A DNA stretch of 64,000 nucleotides from Octopus sinensis (lineage: Eukaryota): positions 44,392,001-44,456,000 of the forward strand of contig NC_043015.1 of NCBI RefSeq assembly GCF_006345805.1. Direction: 5' to 3'. Positions 13,483 through 25,122 of the stretch are shown in pieces. How positions within the stretch are numbered: position 1 is the stretch's first letter; every line of letters begins with the position of its first letter. Made by a program: the position numbers and the translations under genes. The notes beneath the pieces were generated by a model, which saw only the letters and a program-made list of their open reading frames with translations, was not told the origin of the DNA and did not search any database.

Positions 13483-13990
13483 AAGGCGGCGAGCTGGCAG
13501 AAATGTTAGCACGCCGGGCGAAATAAGGCGGCGAACTGGCAGAAATGTTAGCACGCCGGGCGAAATAAGGCGGCGAGCTGGCAGAAATGTTAGCACGCCG
13601 GGCGAAATGCTTAGCGGCATTTCGTCTGCTGCTACGCTCTTAGTTCAAATTCTGCCGAGGTTGACTTAGCCTTTCATCCATTAGGGGTCGATTAAATAAG
13701 TACCAGTTACGCACTGGGGTCGATATAATCGACTTAATCCCCTTGTTTGTCCTTGTTTGTCCCCTCTGTTTGTAGCCCCTTGTGGGCAGTGAACAAATAG
13801 GTATTTCGTCTGCCCTTACGTTCTGAGTTCAAACTCCGCCGAGGTCGATTTTGCCTTTCATCCTTCTGGGGCCGATTAAATAAGTACCAGTTACGCACTG
13901 GGTTCGATGTAATCGACTTAATCCGGTTGTCTCTCCTTGTTTGTCCCCTCTATGTTTAGCCCCTTATGAGCAATAAAACAATAAAGAAAT
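13483..13990 (+). mobile_element. SINE family A with triplicated 42-bp head and duplicated body
   Basis: Head unit at 13483-13524, 13525-13566 and 13567-13608; second body starts at ~13801. Confidence 0.9.
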
Positions 13991-13992
13991 AA

Positions 13993-14105
13993 GAATCGTT
14001 AGTACGCCGGGTAAAATGCTTAGCGTTATTTCGTCAGTTTTTTTTACGTTCTGAGTTCAAATTCTACATGAGTCGCATTTGCCATTCATTCTTTGGGGTC
14101 GATAT
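13993..14105 (+). mobile_element. SINE family A, partial
   Basis: GAATCGTTAGTACGCCGGG...GAGTTCAAATTC...GGGGTCGAT. Confidence 0.75.
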
Positions 14106-14896
14106 AAGAAGCAGCACCCAAGCACTTTATACTATAGGCTTTGTTCCCGTAATAGAAAGGGATATGTTTTCGTTTACATATGACAATTATTCTTATTATC
14201 GTAGATTGTGTAGAATCAATAATCTTGTTTCCCAATCACTCTAAAGAGAACCAAGCATCATCATGCAACATTCGAAACTACTCTGCATTCTTTCATCTTC
14301 GATCTTTTATTGGTTATTCGTCCTCTTCATGTATTCCTCATCCATTAGCGAACATGCTTCATCACTCTCCATTCTTTTCCAACGATAACTTAATCCCCAT
14401 CTATTTCTTCTCTCTATCTTTCTCGCTCATATTTCCTTGGACTACACTTATTTGCAATTCTGACGACTAAATGCCCAATATATAAAGGATTTTCAATCTA
14501 GTCTCACTCACACAATTAGTTTAGGAATTTTGTGTGAAAAAGATATAGAAGTCAAATTGCTGCTACTAAAATTACAACTATCGTTATAGGATGAATTCCA
14601 AACATGGCAATCCAAAACAATTGTCGTGAGGACATTTTCCGTCGCTTTACTGACACTTTTATGCCATTAATTTTTCAATGCCTTCTGACATAGTTAGAAG
14701 CGCAGCAATCTGAGTAGAGTAATGCTAGTCGATTATATTAACACTAATGCCTGACTGCTGCTTTAGATTATAGAACCACAAAGGATATGCGGCAAAACTC
14801 CTCGGCAGGATTTGACCTCTTAACATAAAGAGCTGGAAAGAATACATCGGGAAGCATATTGTCCGATGCTTGAAAGTTAACGTTTCTCCACCCGCT

Positions 14897-14973
<77 letters not shown>

Positions 14974-15300
14974 TTATAATAACAATAGCAATGATAGTTG
15001 TAATAATAATAATAATATTAGTAATAATGATAATATATACACACACACACTCACACACACACACTCACAACACACACACATATATATATATATATAATAT
15101 ATATATATATAATATATATATACAAAACATATAGATACACACATATATACATAGATATATACATATACATACATATATACATACATATATGCATACATAC
15201 ATACATTACATACATATATATTATATTATATATTATATATATATATATATATATGTGTAATATATATATATGTATGTGTAAGTATATGTATATGTATATA
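14897..15300. repeat. Compound (ACA)n/(TAA)n/(CA)n/(TA)n microsatellite
   Basis: Read directly from sequence. Confidence 0.95.
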
Positions 15301-16508
15301 TGCGGGGAGCCAGTGATTTCAAAAATGTTTTAAGTCGAATAAATCAACCCACAGAAATTGACTCTAAATATATTTTATAAAAGATTCTGGCAATCCAATA
15401 TTGTTCTTCTAACATTAATTATATTAACCAAAATTAACTTTAACAGAAATTCTATGATAGCAATTACAGAGAGAGAGCGTATGAAATCTGATCAAATTGA
15501 AAGAAATATACATTGAAATTACATTTCTAAAAAAAAAAAAATATTATTAAAAAATCCCTACAGAATTGAAACATAAAGAAAGTATGTATGTATTATTTTT
15601 TTTTTCTATTAGAAAATTCTAAGTTGTTTCAATGGATATGTTGCAATCGATTTACATATTTATTTATTTATTTATTTATTTATATATTTATTTATCTATC
15701 TATTTTTTCCCTTTTTTTTCTTTTGCTTTTGCAGAAGACAAAGGATTCTGTGTATACAAAAAGAGTAGCAGAAACGACAGACGATTTGGATAATTTATTG
15801 TGGATGGAATATATATATATATATCGATTTTGTATATCCTTTATCTTTCTGCAACCCTCACATATCGCTTTCTGCATTTTGCTCTCTCTTTCCCCTCTCA
15901 GCTCACACTTTCCCTCTATTTTAAACATACATGCATGCATACACGCATAGACACACACATAGACACATACACATGTGTATACATTCATACATACTCATAT
16001 ATATATATATATATATAATATATATATATATATTCATATGAATCTAAATTTTGCTGAGCTTATATATAAATATATATATATATGTATGTTTGTATGTATG
16101 TATGTATGAATGTATGTATGTATATGAGAGAGCGTGTGTATATATGTGTACATATTTATGAATAAAAATAAATAATATACACTCACTTTAATGTTGATGT
16201 TATAGCAGGCTGCTGCTATTAGATATTTGGCTTGTGTTATAATCAAACTAAAATCTTCTCTAATAGGATAATACAAAATGAAAATCATAGAAATACTTGC
16301 GTCTGAAGAGCAGGCAAACATAACTTGCTGCAAAACATAAAATAAAACATAGCGATTTTATTCATTTGTATCAAGAGACTGAATGCAATATACTGCACAT
16401 GCTCATAAGACATCATTAAAGAGACTCATACGAACGGCGGTGCATACATAAATAGAAATACATACATACATACATACATCTATGCGTACATATATATGTC
16501 TGTATGTG

Positions 16509-16737
16509 AAGGCGGCGAGCTGGCAGAAACGTTAGCACGCCGGGCGAGATGTGTAGCCGTATTTCGTCTGTCGTTACGTTCCGAGTTCAAATTCCGCCGA
16601 GGTCGACTAGATCCACTCACAAGGCTTTGGTCGGCCCGAGGCTATAGTAGAAGACACTAGCCCAAGGTGCCACGCAGTGGGAATGAACCCGGAACCGTGT
16701 GGCTGGTAAACAAGTTTCTTACCACACAGCCACTGCT
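16509..16737. mobile_element. SINE A 5' half (+, 16509-16608) abutting SINE B 5' half (-, 16611-16737)
   Basis: A head and B-box, then an abrupt switch to the reverse complement of the B head. Confidence 0.8.
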
Positions 16738-16887
16738 ATATATAGTGAAAGAAATAGAAAGAACGAGAGAGAGAGAAAGAGGGAAAGAAAGTGAGAAACA
16801 AAAGAGGAGATTCCGGGATTCTCGCTATAGAAAACACTTAATCTTTTCTACTCTAGGCACAACGCCAGTCGACTAAGATGAGGGCCA

Positions 16888-17053
16888 GTTGATTAGATCG
16901 ACTCTAATACGCAGCTGGTACTTAATTTATGGACCCCAAAAGGATGAAAGGCAAAGTCGACCGCGGCAGAATTTGAACTCAGAACATAAAGACAGACGAA
17001 ACACCGCTAAGCGTTTCGCCAGGCATGCTAACGTTTCTGCCAGTCCGCTGCCT
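16888..17053 (-). mobile_element. SINE family A, diverged
   Basis: Reverse complement of the A head and body. Confidence 0.8.
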
Positions 17054-17136
17054 TGATTCAAACTTGCAATGGAGCTAACCCCTCTCACGATCCTGCTGGT
17101 TTTCTCTCAAAGTTTTAAACAAATATCATTCTTAAT

Positions 17137-17285
17137 AGCTGGCAGAATCGTTAGTACGCCGGTCAAAATGCTCAGCGGCATTTCATCCGTCTTTATGTTC
17201 TGACTTCAGATTCTGCCGAGGTCTACGTTGCCATTCATAGTTTCGAGGTTGATAAGCACTGGGGTCGATGTAATTGACTTGTTTC
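17137..17285 (+). mobile_element. SINE family A, diverged partial
   Basis: AGCTGGCAGAATCGTTAG...GGGGTCGATGTAAT. Confidence 0.7.
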
Positions 17286-17339
17286 CTCGTAATTGCTGAC
17301 CTTATTTCCAAGAAAACTGAAATCGGTATTATTCTCAAA

Positions 17340-17569
17340 GGCGGCGAGCTGGCAGAAACGTTAGCACACCGGGCGAAATGCTAAGCGGTATTTCGTCTGC
17401 GTTACGTTGTGAGTTCAAATTCCGCCGAGGTCGACTTTGCCTTTTATCCTTTCGGGGTCGATAGATTAAGTACCAGTTACGCACTGGTGTCGATGTAATC
17501 GACTTAATACCTATGTCTGTCCTTGTTTGTCCCCTCTGTGTTTGGCCCCTTGTGGGTAATAAAGAAATA
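17340..17569 (+). mobile_element. SINE family A, full-length monomer with 14-bp TSD
   Basis: TSD GGTATTATTCTCAA at 17325-17338 and 17570-17583. Confidence 0.92.
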
Positions 17570-17649
17570 GGTATTATTCTCAATAGGGTCGAATGTGAAG
17601 TTAGCTGTAAATTCCAGACCTACATGTACGCAAGTCCGCTTTCCAACTT

Positions 17650-17687
<38 letters not shown>

Positions 17688-18540
17688 ACGCACACACACA
17701 CATATTTTGAACTGATGTACTGAAATGTAAACAACACGATTGAATAATTTGCATATCACGCATAAATGGCTAAAACAAAAAAATACGTTACCAACGTTAC
17801 CAATCATTAATTTAACGAATATCTACTGATGTTTCTAAGTAAGTATTTAGATTTACGAGCAGGAAATTACAGCAAAAACTGGAATTACGAGTGTTCAAAG
17901 ATACAAAAATAATATATATATATATCTATGTATTCGTATATTCCTTAGCACGAAACGTATATCACCATTCTGACATCCCTAAAAGTATCTTCCTATAAAG
18001 ACAATACGCAGCATGCAATATATTATAGGCTAAAGTGATACGAACCTATATTATTAAGTCGTTTGAAGTCGAAGATTTCTCAGCTAGTTTATGCCAGAAA
18101 AACATGTTGTTTTTTCCTCTTCCCACCCATCACGTTTTGCTTACGTTCTTCTCTTAAAATATTTGGCAGTTTTAACGAAAAATGCCATAATCATTTGTCT
18201 TGGTTTCAATCAAAGTTGAAGCTATCCTATTATAGATCCTGTGCAGTCATTAACCAAAACAGTTCTGATGTACTTTTCAAAATATAATTTTTCGTTTCTA
18301 TGCCTTTCACAGCAGGTCGTACATTAACCCACTTCCGCCTGAAAATAGAACCACGAATGAATATATATTGCTTTGTAGCTAATATGAAATATATGGTTGC
18401 CATTCAACAGCTTTGCAGATACAAAATATAGTTCATGATATAAGTGTAAATGAAATATATAGCATTTTGCACTGCATCTTACGATTGGAAACTGCATGTA
18501 AGCAAAGCTACATAGGCGTAGGAGTGGCTGTGTGGTAAAT

Positions 18541-18922
18541 GGAAACACTCCGTCGGTTACAACGACGAGGGTTCCGGTTGATCCGAATCAACGGAACAGC
18601 CTGCTCGTGAAATTAACGTGTAAGTGGCTGAGCACTCCACAGACACGTGTACCCTTAACGTAGTTCTCGGGGATATTCAGCGTGACACAGAGAGTGACAA
18701 GGTCGGCCCTTTGAAATACAGGTACAACAGAAACAGGAAGTAAGAGTGAGAGAAAGTTGTGGTGAAAGAGTACAGCAGGGATCACCACCATCCCCTGCCG
18801 GAGCCTCGTGGAGCTTTAGGTGTTTTCGCTCAATAAACACTCACAACGCCCGGTTTGGGAATCGAAACCGCGATCCTATGACCGCGAGTCCGCTGCCCTA
18901 ACCACTGGGCCATTGCGCCTCC
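18541..18922 (-). mobile_element. SINE family C (tail variant C3) inserted into a SINE B head
   Basis: Intact tRNA-like head; TGGTAAAT duplicated at 18533-18540 and 18927-18934; B head on both sides (18514-18540, 18927-18948). Confidence 0.88.
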
Positions 18923-19166
18923 CGTTTGGTAAATAGCTTGCTAACGATAGAGGTTTTAGTGCCTCCTTCTTGTAAGAGGTTTGAAACCTCATATTGATTT
19001 TTAAAAAAAGAAAATATATTTTCGAGAAAAATCCAATCGGCAGGTGTTGGGTTGGTTTCGTCTCTCATTTATTCATTCTATTTCATTTTCATTCATTAAT
19101 GTGTTTGTCCAGCCCGCAAAGCTACACACAATTTCTACTGTCTATGGGGACAAATTTTATGAAATA

Positions 19167-19558
19167 AAGTAGCTTGCTAACGAACCACATGGTTCCGGGT
19201 TCAGTCCCACTGCGTGGCACCTTGGGCATGTGTCTTCTACTATAGCCTCGGGATGAGCTGATCAAAGCCTTGTGAGTAGATTTGGTAGACGGAAACTGAA
19301 ACATTCATATATGTATGTAAGTGTGTGTATATGTTCGTGTGTCTGTGTTTGTCCCCCCAACATCGCTTGACAACCGATGCTGGTGTATTACGTCCCCGTA
19401 ACTTAGCGGTTCAGCAAAAGAGACCGATAGAATAAGTACTAGGCTTACAACAAAGAATAAGTCCTGGGGTCAATTTGCTGGACTAAAGGCGGTGCTCCAA
19501 CATGGCCACTGTCAAATGACTGAAACAAGTAAAAGAGTAAAAGAGAGAGTAAAGAGAG
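19167..19558 (+). mobile_element. SINE family B
   Basis: Colinear with the family B body and tail. Confidence 0.88.
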
Positions 19559-19918
19559 GTTAACATTTATTCGTTTAATTTAATAGAATTTACAAAAGTC
19601 TATGCAAATATATAACCAATATTTAAAGCAATGTAATTCAAAAGAATTTCAAAGAATTTCACAGCATTACCATATTCTGAGAAAGCAATTACAAACGTTG
19701 AAAATGTAAGATAAACAGGTTTTCTTCAACATTGCAAATACTTCGCTCATGACGAGGAATATAACGCATTCATTGAGCGTACAAAAGCGTGCAAAGTGTA
19801 TACGGTGTTAGCTATTCCTGACCCCATGACCTTTGGGAGCACAACGTGACGTCTTATATCAGAGACTGCGAGACCAAACGAATTAATAATGTCTAAAATA
19901 TGAGAGCAACTCTGTCCC

Positions 19919-19965
<47 letters not shown>

Positions 19966-20164
19966 TGGGGAATATTGAATTGAAGTACAAATGCAGTAAT
20001 AGAAGTTTCAGGAAGAATCTCACTTTGCAACTTGTCGTTCCGGGTTCAATCTCACCGTGCAGTAACTTGTGCAAATTCCTGCTACTCGAGTTATCCAATG
20101 CCTTGTGAATAAAGTTGGTAGAGTTAACCAATGCCTTGTGAATAAAGTTGGTAGAGTAGTCCGT

Positions 20165-20198
<34 letters not shown>

Positions 20199-20205
<7 letters not shown>

Positions 20206-20489
20206 ATCACGTGACCGACCAGACCATCAGATGTTGTTACACATCGCTGGTCACAATGCGTTCGCATCGTTCTAGCCTTCGAATGACACCACCCCGCTGG
20301 CTAAGCGAGCAGGCCAACAGAAGAAAGAGTGGTGAAAGAGTACAGCAGGGAACACCACCCCCTGCCGGAGGCTCGTGGAGCTTTTAGGTGTTTTCGCTCA
20401 ATAAACACACACAACGCCCGGTCTGGGAATCGAAACCGCGATCCTTCGACCGCGAGTCCGCTGCCCTAACACTAGGCCATTGCGCCTCC
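20199..20489 (-). mobile_element. SINE family C (tail variant C1) within (TA)n
   Basis: Colinear with 4307-4590. Confidence 0.88.
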
Positions 20490-20514
20490 GTATATATATA
20501 TATATAATATATAT

Positions 20515-20591
<77 letters not shown>

Positions 20592-21135
20592 GGTGTGTGT
20601 GTGTGTGTGTGTGGGTGTGTGTGTGTGTGTACTTGCATGTGAGAAAAGGTCCTACCAGAGTCTGTGGAGTAAGTATGCCCCGGCTCGAAGTATTTTAGTC
20701 GAAGAAAACACTGCGAGTGCTTGTTTTTCAGCGTTTAGTAATTATTATAGCAGTAACTTTCGCGAAACCAGGAAGTCATTGAGAAGTAAGTCCTGGTTTT
20801 ACCAGTCGCTTATTTTATGTAAAAGCTCAAATACAAGTTATGACCTATCTTTGTATTATCTGCCACATTAAGCGTCTCGGTGATCATGACCATTCAGTTT
20901 TGCGGCGACGGTCTGGCAAAATCGTTAGCACACCGGCCAAAATGCTCAGTAGCTTTTCTCCCGGCTTTACATTCTGAGTTTAAATGCCTTAGATCCTTTC
21001 AGAGTCGATAAACTAAGTACTAGTCAAGTACTGTGGGGAAAAGGGGTCAATGTAAATGTGTTACTGACTACACTCACCTCCAAGATTTCAGGCCTTGTGT
21101 CTATAGTACAAAGGATTATTTTATTGTCGGTCTAA

Positions 21136-21545
21136 GGCGGCGAGCTGGCGAAATCGTCAGCACGCCAGCAAAAATGTTTGGCGGCATTTCGTTCGTCATT
21201 ACTTCTTCTTGTCTTGAGACAGCATTCACCCGGGGTGGGTCGAGCTGGCTTCATTCATCATCAATGCTGCATCTTGCACAAACGCCGACCAGGTCTGGTG
21301 ATTTGAGGCTAACGACCGCGTGATCTCCAACCACTCCTTATTCCAGCGGCGAACGTCATAGACATGGGGTCCTAGGTTGGCTTCCAGATCAGCCTTGACT
21401 GTCATCAGCCAGGTTTTTCGTCATTACGTTCTGAGTTTAAATTGCTCTGGGGTCGATTTTGCCTGTCATCCTTTAGGAGTCGATAAATTAAATACCAGTA
21501 AAACACTGGGGTCGCTATAATCGACTAGTCGCTTCCCCAAAAATT
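21136..21545 (+). mobile_element. SINE family A interrupted by an RTE LINE fragment
   Basis: A head at 21136-21202; the A sequence resumes at 21417. Confidence 0.8.
21203..21416 (-). mobile_element. RTE-clade LINE 3' end, 5'-truncated, with 11-bp TSD
   Basis: WLMTVKADLEANLGPHVYDVRRWNKEWLEITRSLASNHQTWSAFVQDAALMMNEASSTHPG* followed by a CAAGA(C/A)AAGAAG tail; TSD TTCGTCATTAC at 21192-21202 and 21417-21427. Confidence 0.8.
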
Positions 21546-22252
21546 TCAGTACTTTAGTAAAAGGTTTATATATTGTTGTTACTATTATTATTGCTAATTC
21601 TAAATTCTGAATTCAAACAATGTTGAGGACGACGTTGCCTTTCATCCTTTCCATGAACCAAAGTTTTATTAAATACCAGACATCTATTGGGGGTCTCTGG
21701 TTTCAACATTCTCCTCCCTTCAGTACTAATCTCATTGTACCTGTTTAAGAAATAATTAGTTTTGCTAATTGCTAATTCACAACTCTCAAACCAAACAGGA
21801 ATGTCTGTTTATAAAAACATGTTATGAAGCGAAAAAAAAATTATAGCCTTTACATCAGTGATGAGAGCAAAAATTTCCTTTTATTAACCTACGCTATAAT
21901 TATTTTTGCAAATTACTAATTTTCAATTATATTTTAGGCTAATTATTTTATAAATTATATAATGTTATTTTAATATTTTTCTTAATTTTCACTAATTTAA
22001 TTTTTTCAACAAAATTTCTTCCCTCATGTTAAACAGCTTTATTTTTGGTTAGAGGTAAGCAGCCATTATGAGAGATACATGTGGTGTGAGTAAACCATTG
22101 GAGTATTTCAGACCTTGACATAATTCTGGACGATAGAACATTCTATTACGAAACTCCAAATTGTCATATGAAAATTAAAATATAAAATAGCGTGTGAGAT
22201 ACATGCACACGCACACACACACACATATACACACAGGTATGTACGCACAGAT

Positions 22253-22680
22253 AGTTAAGTTAAGTTAGTTAAGTTAATTTTTTGGCTCAAAAAGCAAAAA
22301 GCAAGGCCATGTAGGGGGACATGGAGGGTGTTCATGCAAAGAGTTCAGGCCATTTCTGGTCAAGGGAGACTTTGAACCGAGCGGTCGTCGGCATCTTCAG
22401 TATCTCGTCCGGCAGCTTATTCCACGGATCCGCAACCCGGACAGAGAAAGCCCCTCTCCTTCGATTGAGATGGAATCATCGCAGATAGAGCTTTTCGGAG
22501 TGACCCCGCAGCCGACGCTCTGGAGCAGGAGTGAAGAACAGCTCTTTCGAGAGGTTACACTTTCCGCTTATGATGTTGTGAACAAGAATGAGATCACCAC
22601 GGCGTTGTCGTTTTTCTAGAGAATAAAGGTCAAGCGTCTTCAGCCTTTCTTCATAAGACAAATGCTTGAGACCAAGATGT
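22253..22680 (-). mobile_element. CR1-group LINE 3' end with (TTAAC)n-type tail
   Basis: LSYEERLKTLDLYSLEKRQRRGDLI...LRGH...FSVRVADPWNKLP is the typical CR1 ORF2 C-terminus. Confidence 0.9.
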
Positions 22681-22818
22681 ATGTGGTAGGAAGCTTGCTT
22701 CTAATCCATATGGTTTTTGGTTCAGTCCCACTGTGTGCTACCTTGGGCAACAGTTTTCTACTATATCCTTGGGACCAACAAACGCTTGTGAATGAATTTC
22801 GTAGATGGAAACAAAGAG
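22681..22818 (+). mobile_element. SINE family B, 5' half
   Basis: GGTTCAGTCCCAC...CCTTGGGCAA. Confidence 0.75.
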
Positions 22819-22825
22819 ATAAGGA

Positions 22826-23058
22826 AGGCGGTAATCTGGCAGAAACGTTAGCACGCCGGGCGAAATGCTTAGCGGTATTTTGTCTGCCCTTACGGTCTGA
22901 GTTCAAATTCCACCGAGGTCGACTTTGCCTTCCATCCTTTCGGGGTCGATTAAATAAGTACCAGTTACGCACTGGTTTAGATGTAATGAACTAAATCCTT
23001 TTGTATGTCCTTGTTTGTCCCAACTATGTTTAGCCCCTTGTGGTCAATAAAGAAATAA
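22826..23058 (+). mobile_element. SINE family A monomer
   Basis: Colinear with 17340-17569. Confidence 0.88.
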
Positions 23059-23359
23059 GGAAACTAAAAGATAGGACAGGTGGGGTTGGATTGTGTAGGG
23101 GTGAGTGGGGTTACGATGGAGGGGGAAGGGAGAAGGTGTGTAGGAGTGAAGAGAAGAAGTAGTACTCGGAGCAAGAGAGGAGAGGTGGGTGGGAGGAAGT
23201 AGGTGTGAGGGGAAGAGAGGAGAGGAATGGAGGTTAGATGAAGGAGGGAGGAGAGTTGAGCCCATATGGCGCAAAGAAGCGAAGAGAGAAGATTAATTCT
23301 TGTTCCCGGCGCAAACGGAGTCCGGATGACCCCTGTGCAAGGAATATATATATATGTGC

Positions 23360-23412
<53 letters not shown>

Positions 23413-24764
23413 CGTGTGTGGGGGATTAACATCGAGAATCGATAATATCTCCCGCAAAATAAGGCAATTATTGGAGACACGTTATCAAAACCGGAAGTTT
23501 AATTTGAAAACGTAAGCTATCTAAATACACAACTGTATGTGAATCATTAACAGATTCAGAGATTATTTCAGGCGGGTTTTCATTGACACGGTTATAGTTC
23601 GAAAAACATTAATACAGAGATGAAAAAAATTGTTAGTAAGCAAAATAATTGGCGACATCTCGTGTACACATTTAGCTTTTCTTACCACTTCCCCAGACGA
23701 ATAATAAGCTACGAAAATCATTCCTTGTTAATAGCTACATCATTTTATTCAGCTCATTATAAGAGTTATAACTCATATATCGATCGAATTTTGGAACATA
23801 ATTATTTCGTCTTCCAAGAAATGCATAAATGAAAACATTTGTATGTCAAGGGTGAACGAAATTGTGAAGAAAGTAGAGAAACTAGATAGGTACTTGTAAA
23901 GTTGAACAACATGGTTTGTTTCTGATTTTTAATAAAGGTTTAATGTTTCAAATTTGTCAGGTGAACTAAATATTGAGATTCGATTTCATATTGTAAGTGG
24001 AGAATCACCATATCTTATACGTAAATGCTTCAAGCCCTTAATCTGTTAACACTCAACAATGCATCCATACATTAGCTAACGTAGTTCTCCAATCCTGTAT
24101 CTAGTTAGCTCTAAGCTACATATAATATACTGAGGAAGTGTTCCCTGAGATGTTGACATTTATCTGTTGTTGGGATTAGAATCTAGCATCAGCAGGGTTT
24201 TGTTGAAGAATCTAATACATTTGGATTTTAAAAAAGGGTCTTAGTATGATGGGTTTCACAATTGTATAAGAAAGATAATTTAAAATTCGTCGAAATATCT
24301 TCAAGCAAGACCACTGAATTTAGGGGCACAAATATAGGATGAGGAGAGTTGCATTCTTTGCAATATAAGGTTTTCTGCTGTTCTTAACACATCTCTTCTC
24401 GTCATACTAGTGACATCTGTATTTACATAGAATTACATACAAAAAAACTCTAAGTTGATCTATCAATCAATTTCATATAACAACGTCCTAGCTTTATGAC
24501 AAAATCTCAGAGTATTTTTCCTTATTTTCCTATATTTCTCTCACAATGAATGCAGTGCATACACGCACACGAAATGGGATCTAGCTTGGTTTTATAAACT
24601 GCCAAAAGCGACTGCAAAATCTCCATTAGATGATATCATGACGTTTAAGAAAAGAAGGGTGTACGGAAACCTTTGCTTTATTAAAACATAAATATATCGT
24701 TGATGATATATAAATACATTAAAATTTAATTTTCTCATGTCATTAATCCTTAACCCCAAATCAA

Positions 24765-25122
24765 TCTCTCTATACATAAATGGCAAAATGTCTGTGTGTG
24801 TGTCCTGTATACAAATCCACATTTTTCAGTTATAGAGCTCGCACCTTCTATGGTCATTCAAAACCGTCCAAGGGTGGTTGTGCACATCCTTACAGTTCCC
24901 CGGTCACACCGCAAAGCCAATAGAAGTGACTTTTTTGTGAATTTTCTATCCAAAACCCAATCAAAATGCCCGAAACCTGATACGCCAATTGAATGCCAGC
25001 TAGCTGTATGTGACTGGTCGGAGATTTTTGGACAGTACTCGCGTGTATGTGTGCACACACGCAGCTGTATATGCATGCACTAGCACTATGATCCAGCGTT
25101 GCCGGGTCATAGTGCTAGTGTA
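24765..25122 (-). mobile_element. Non-autonomous Helitron/Helentron-type (HINE/DINE-1-like) element
   Basis: Minus-strand start ACTAGCACTATGACCCGGC resembles CTAGCAGTATCGCCCGGC at 50537; 14-bp perfect inverted repeat; end AAAATGTGG...GGACACACACACAGAC...TATGTATAG. Confidence 0.55.

Noticed and set aside
13483-13608. CRISPR-like direct repeats
   Set aside because: The units are contiguous with no spacers, are SINE heads, and there are no cas genes in this eukaryotic context.
18850-18922. tRNA gene
   Set aside because: It is the tRNA-derived head of SINE C and runs on into the SINE body; there is no complete acceptor stem or terminator.
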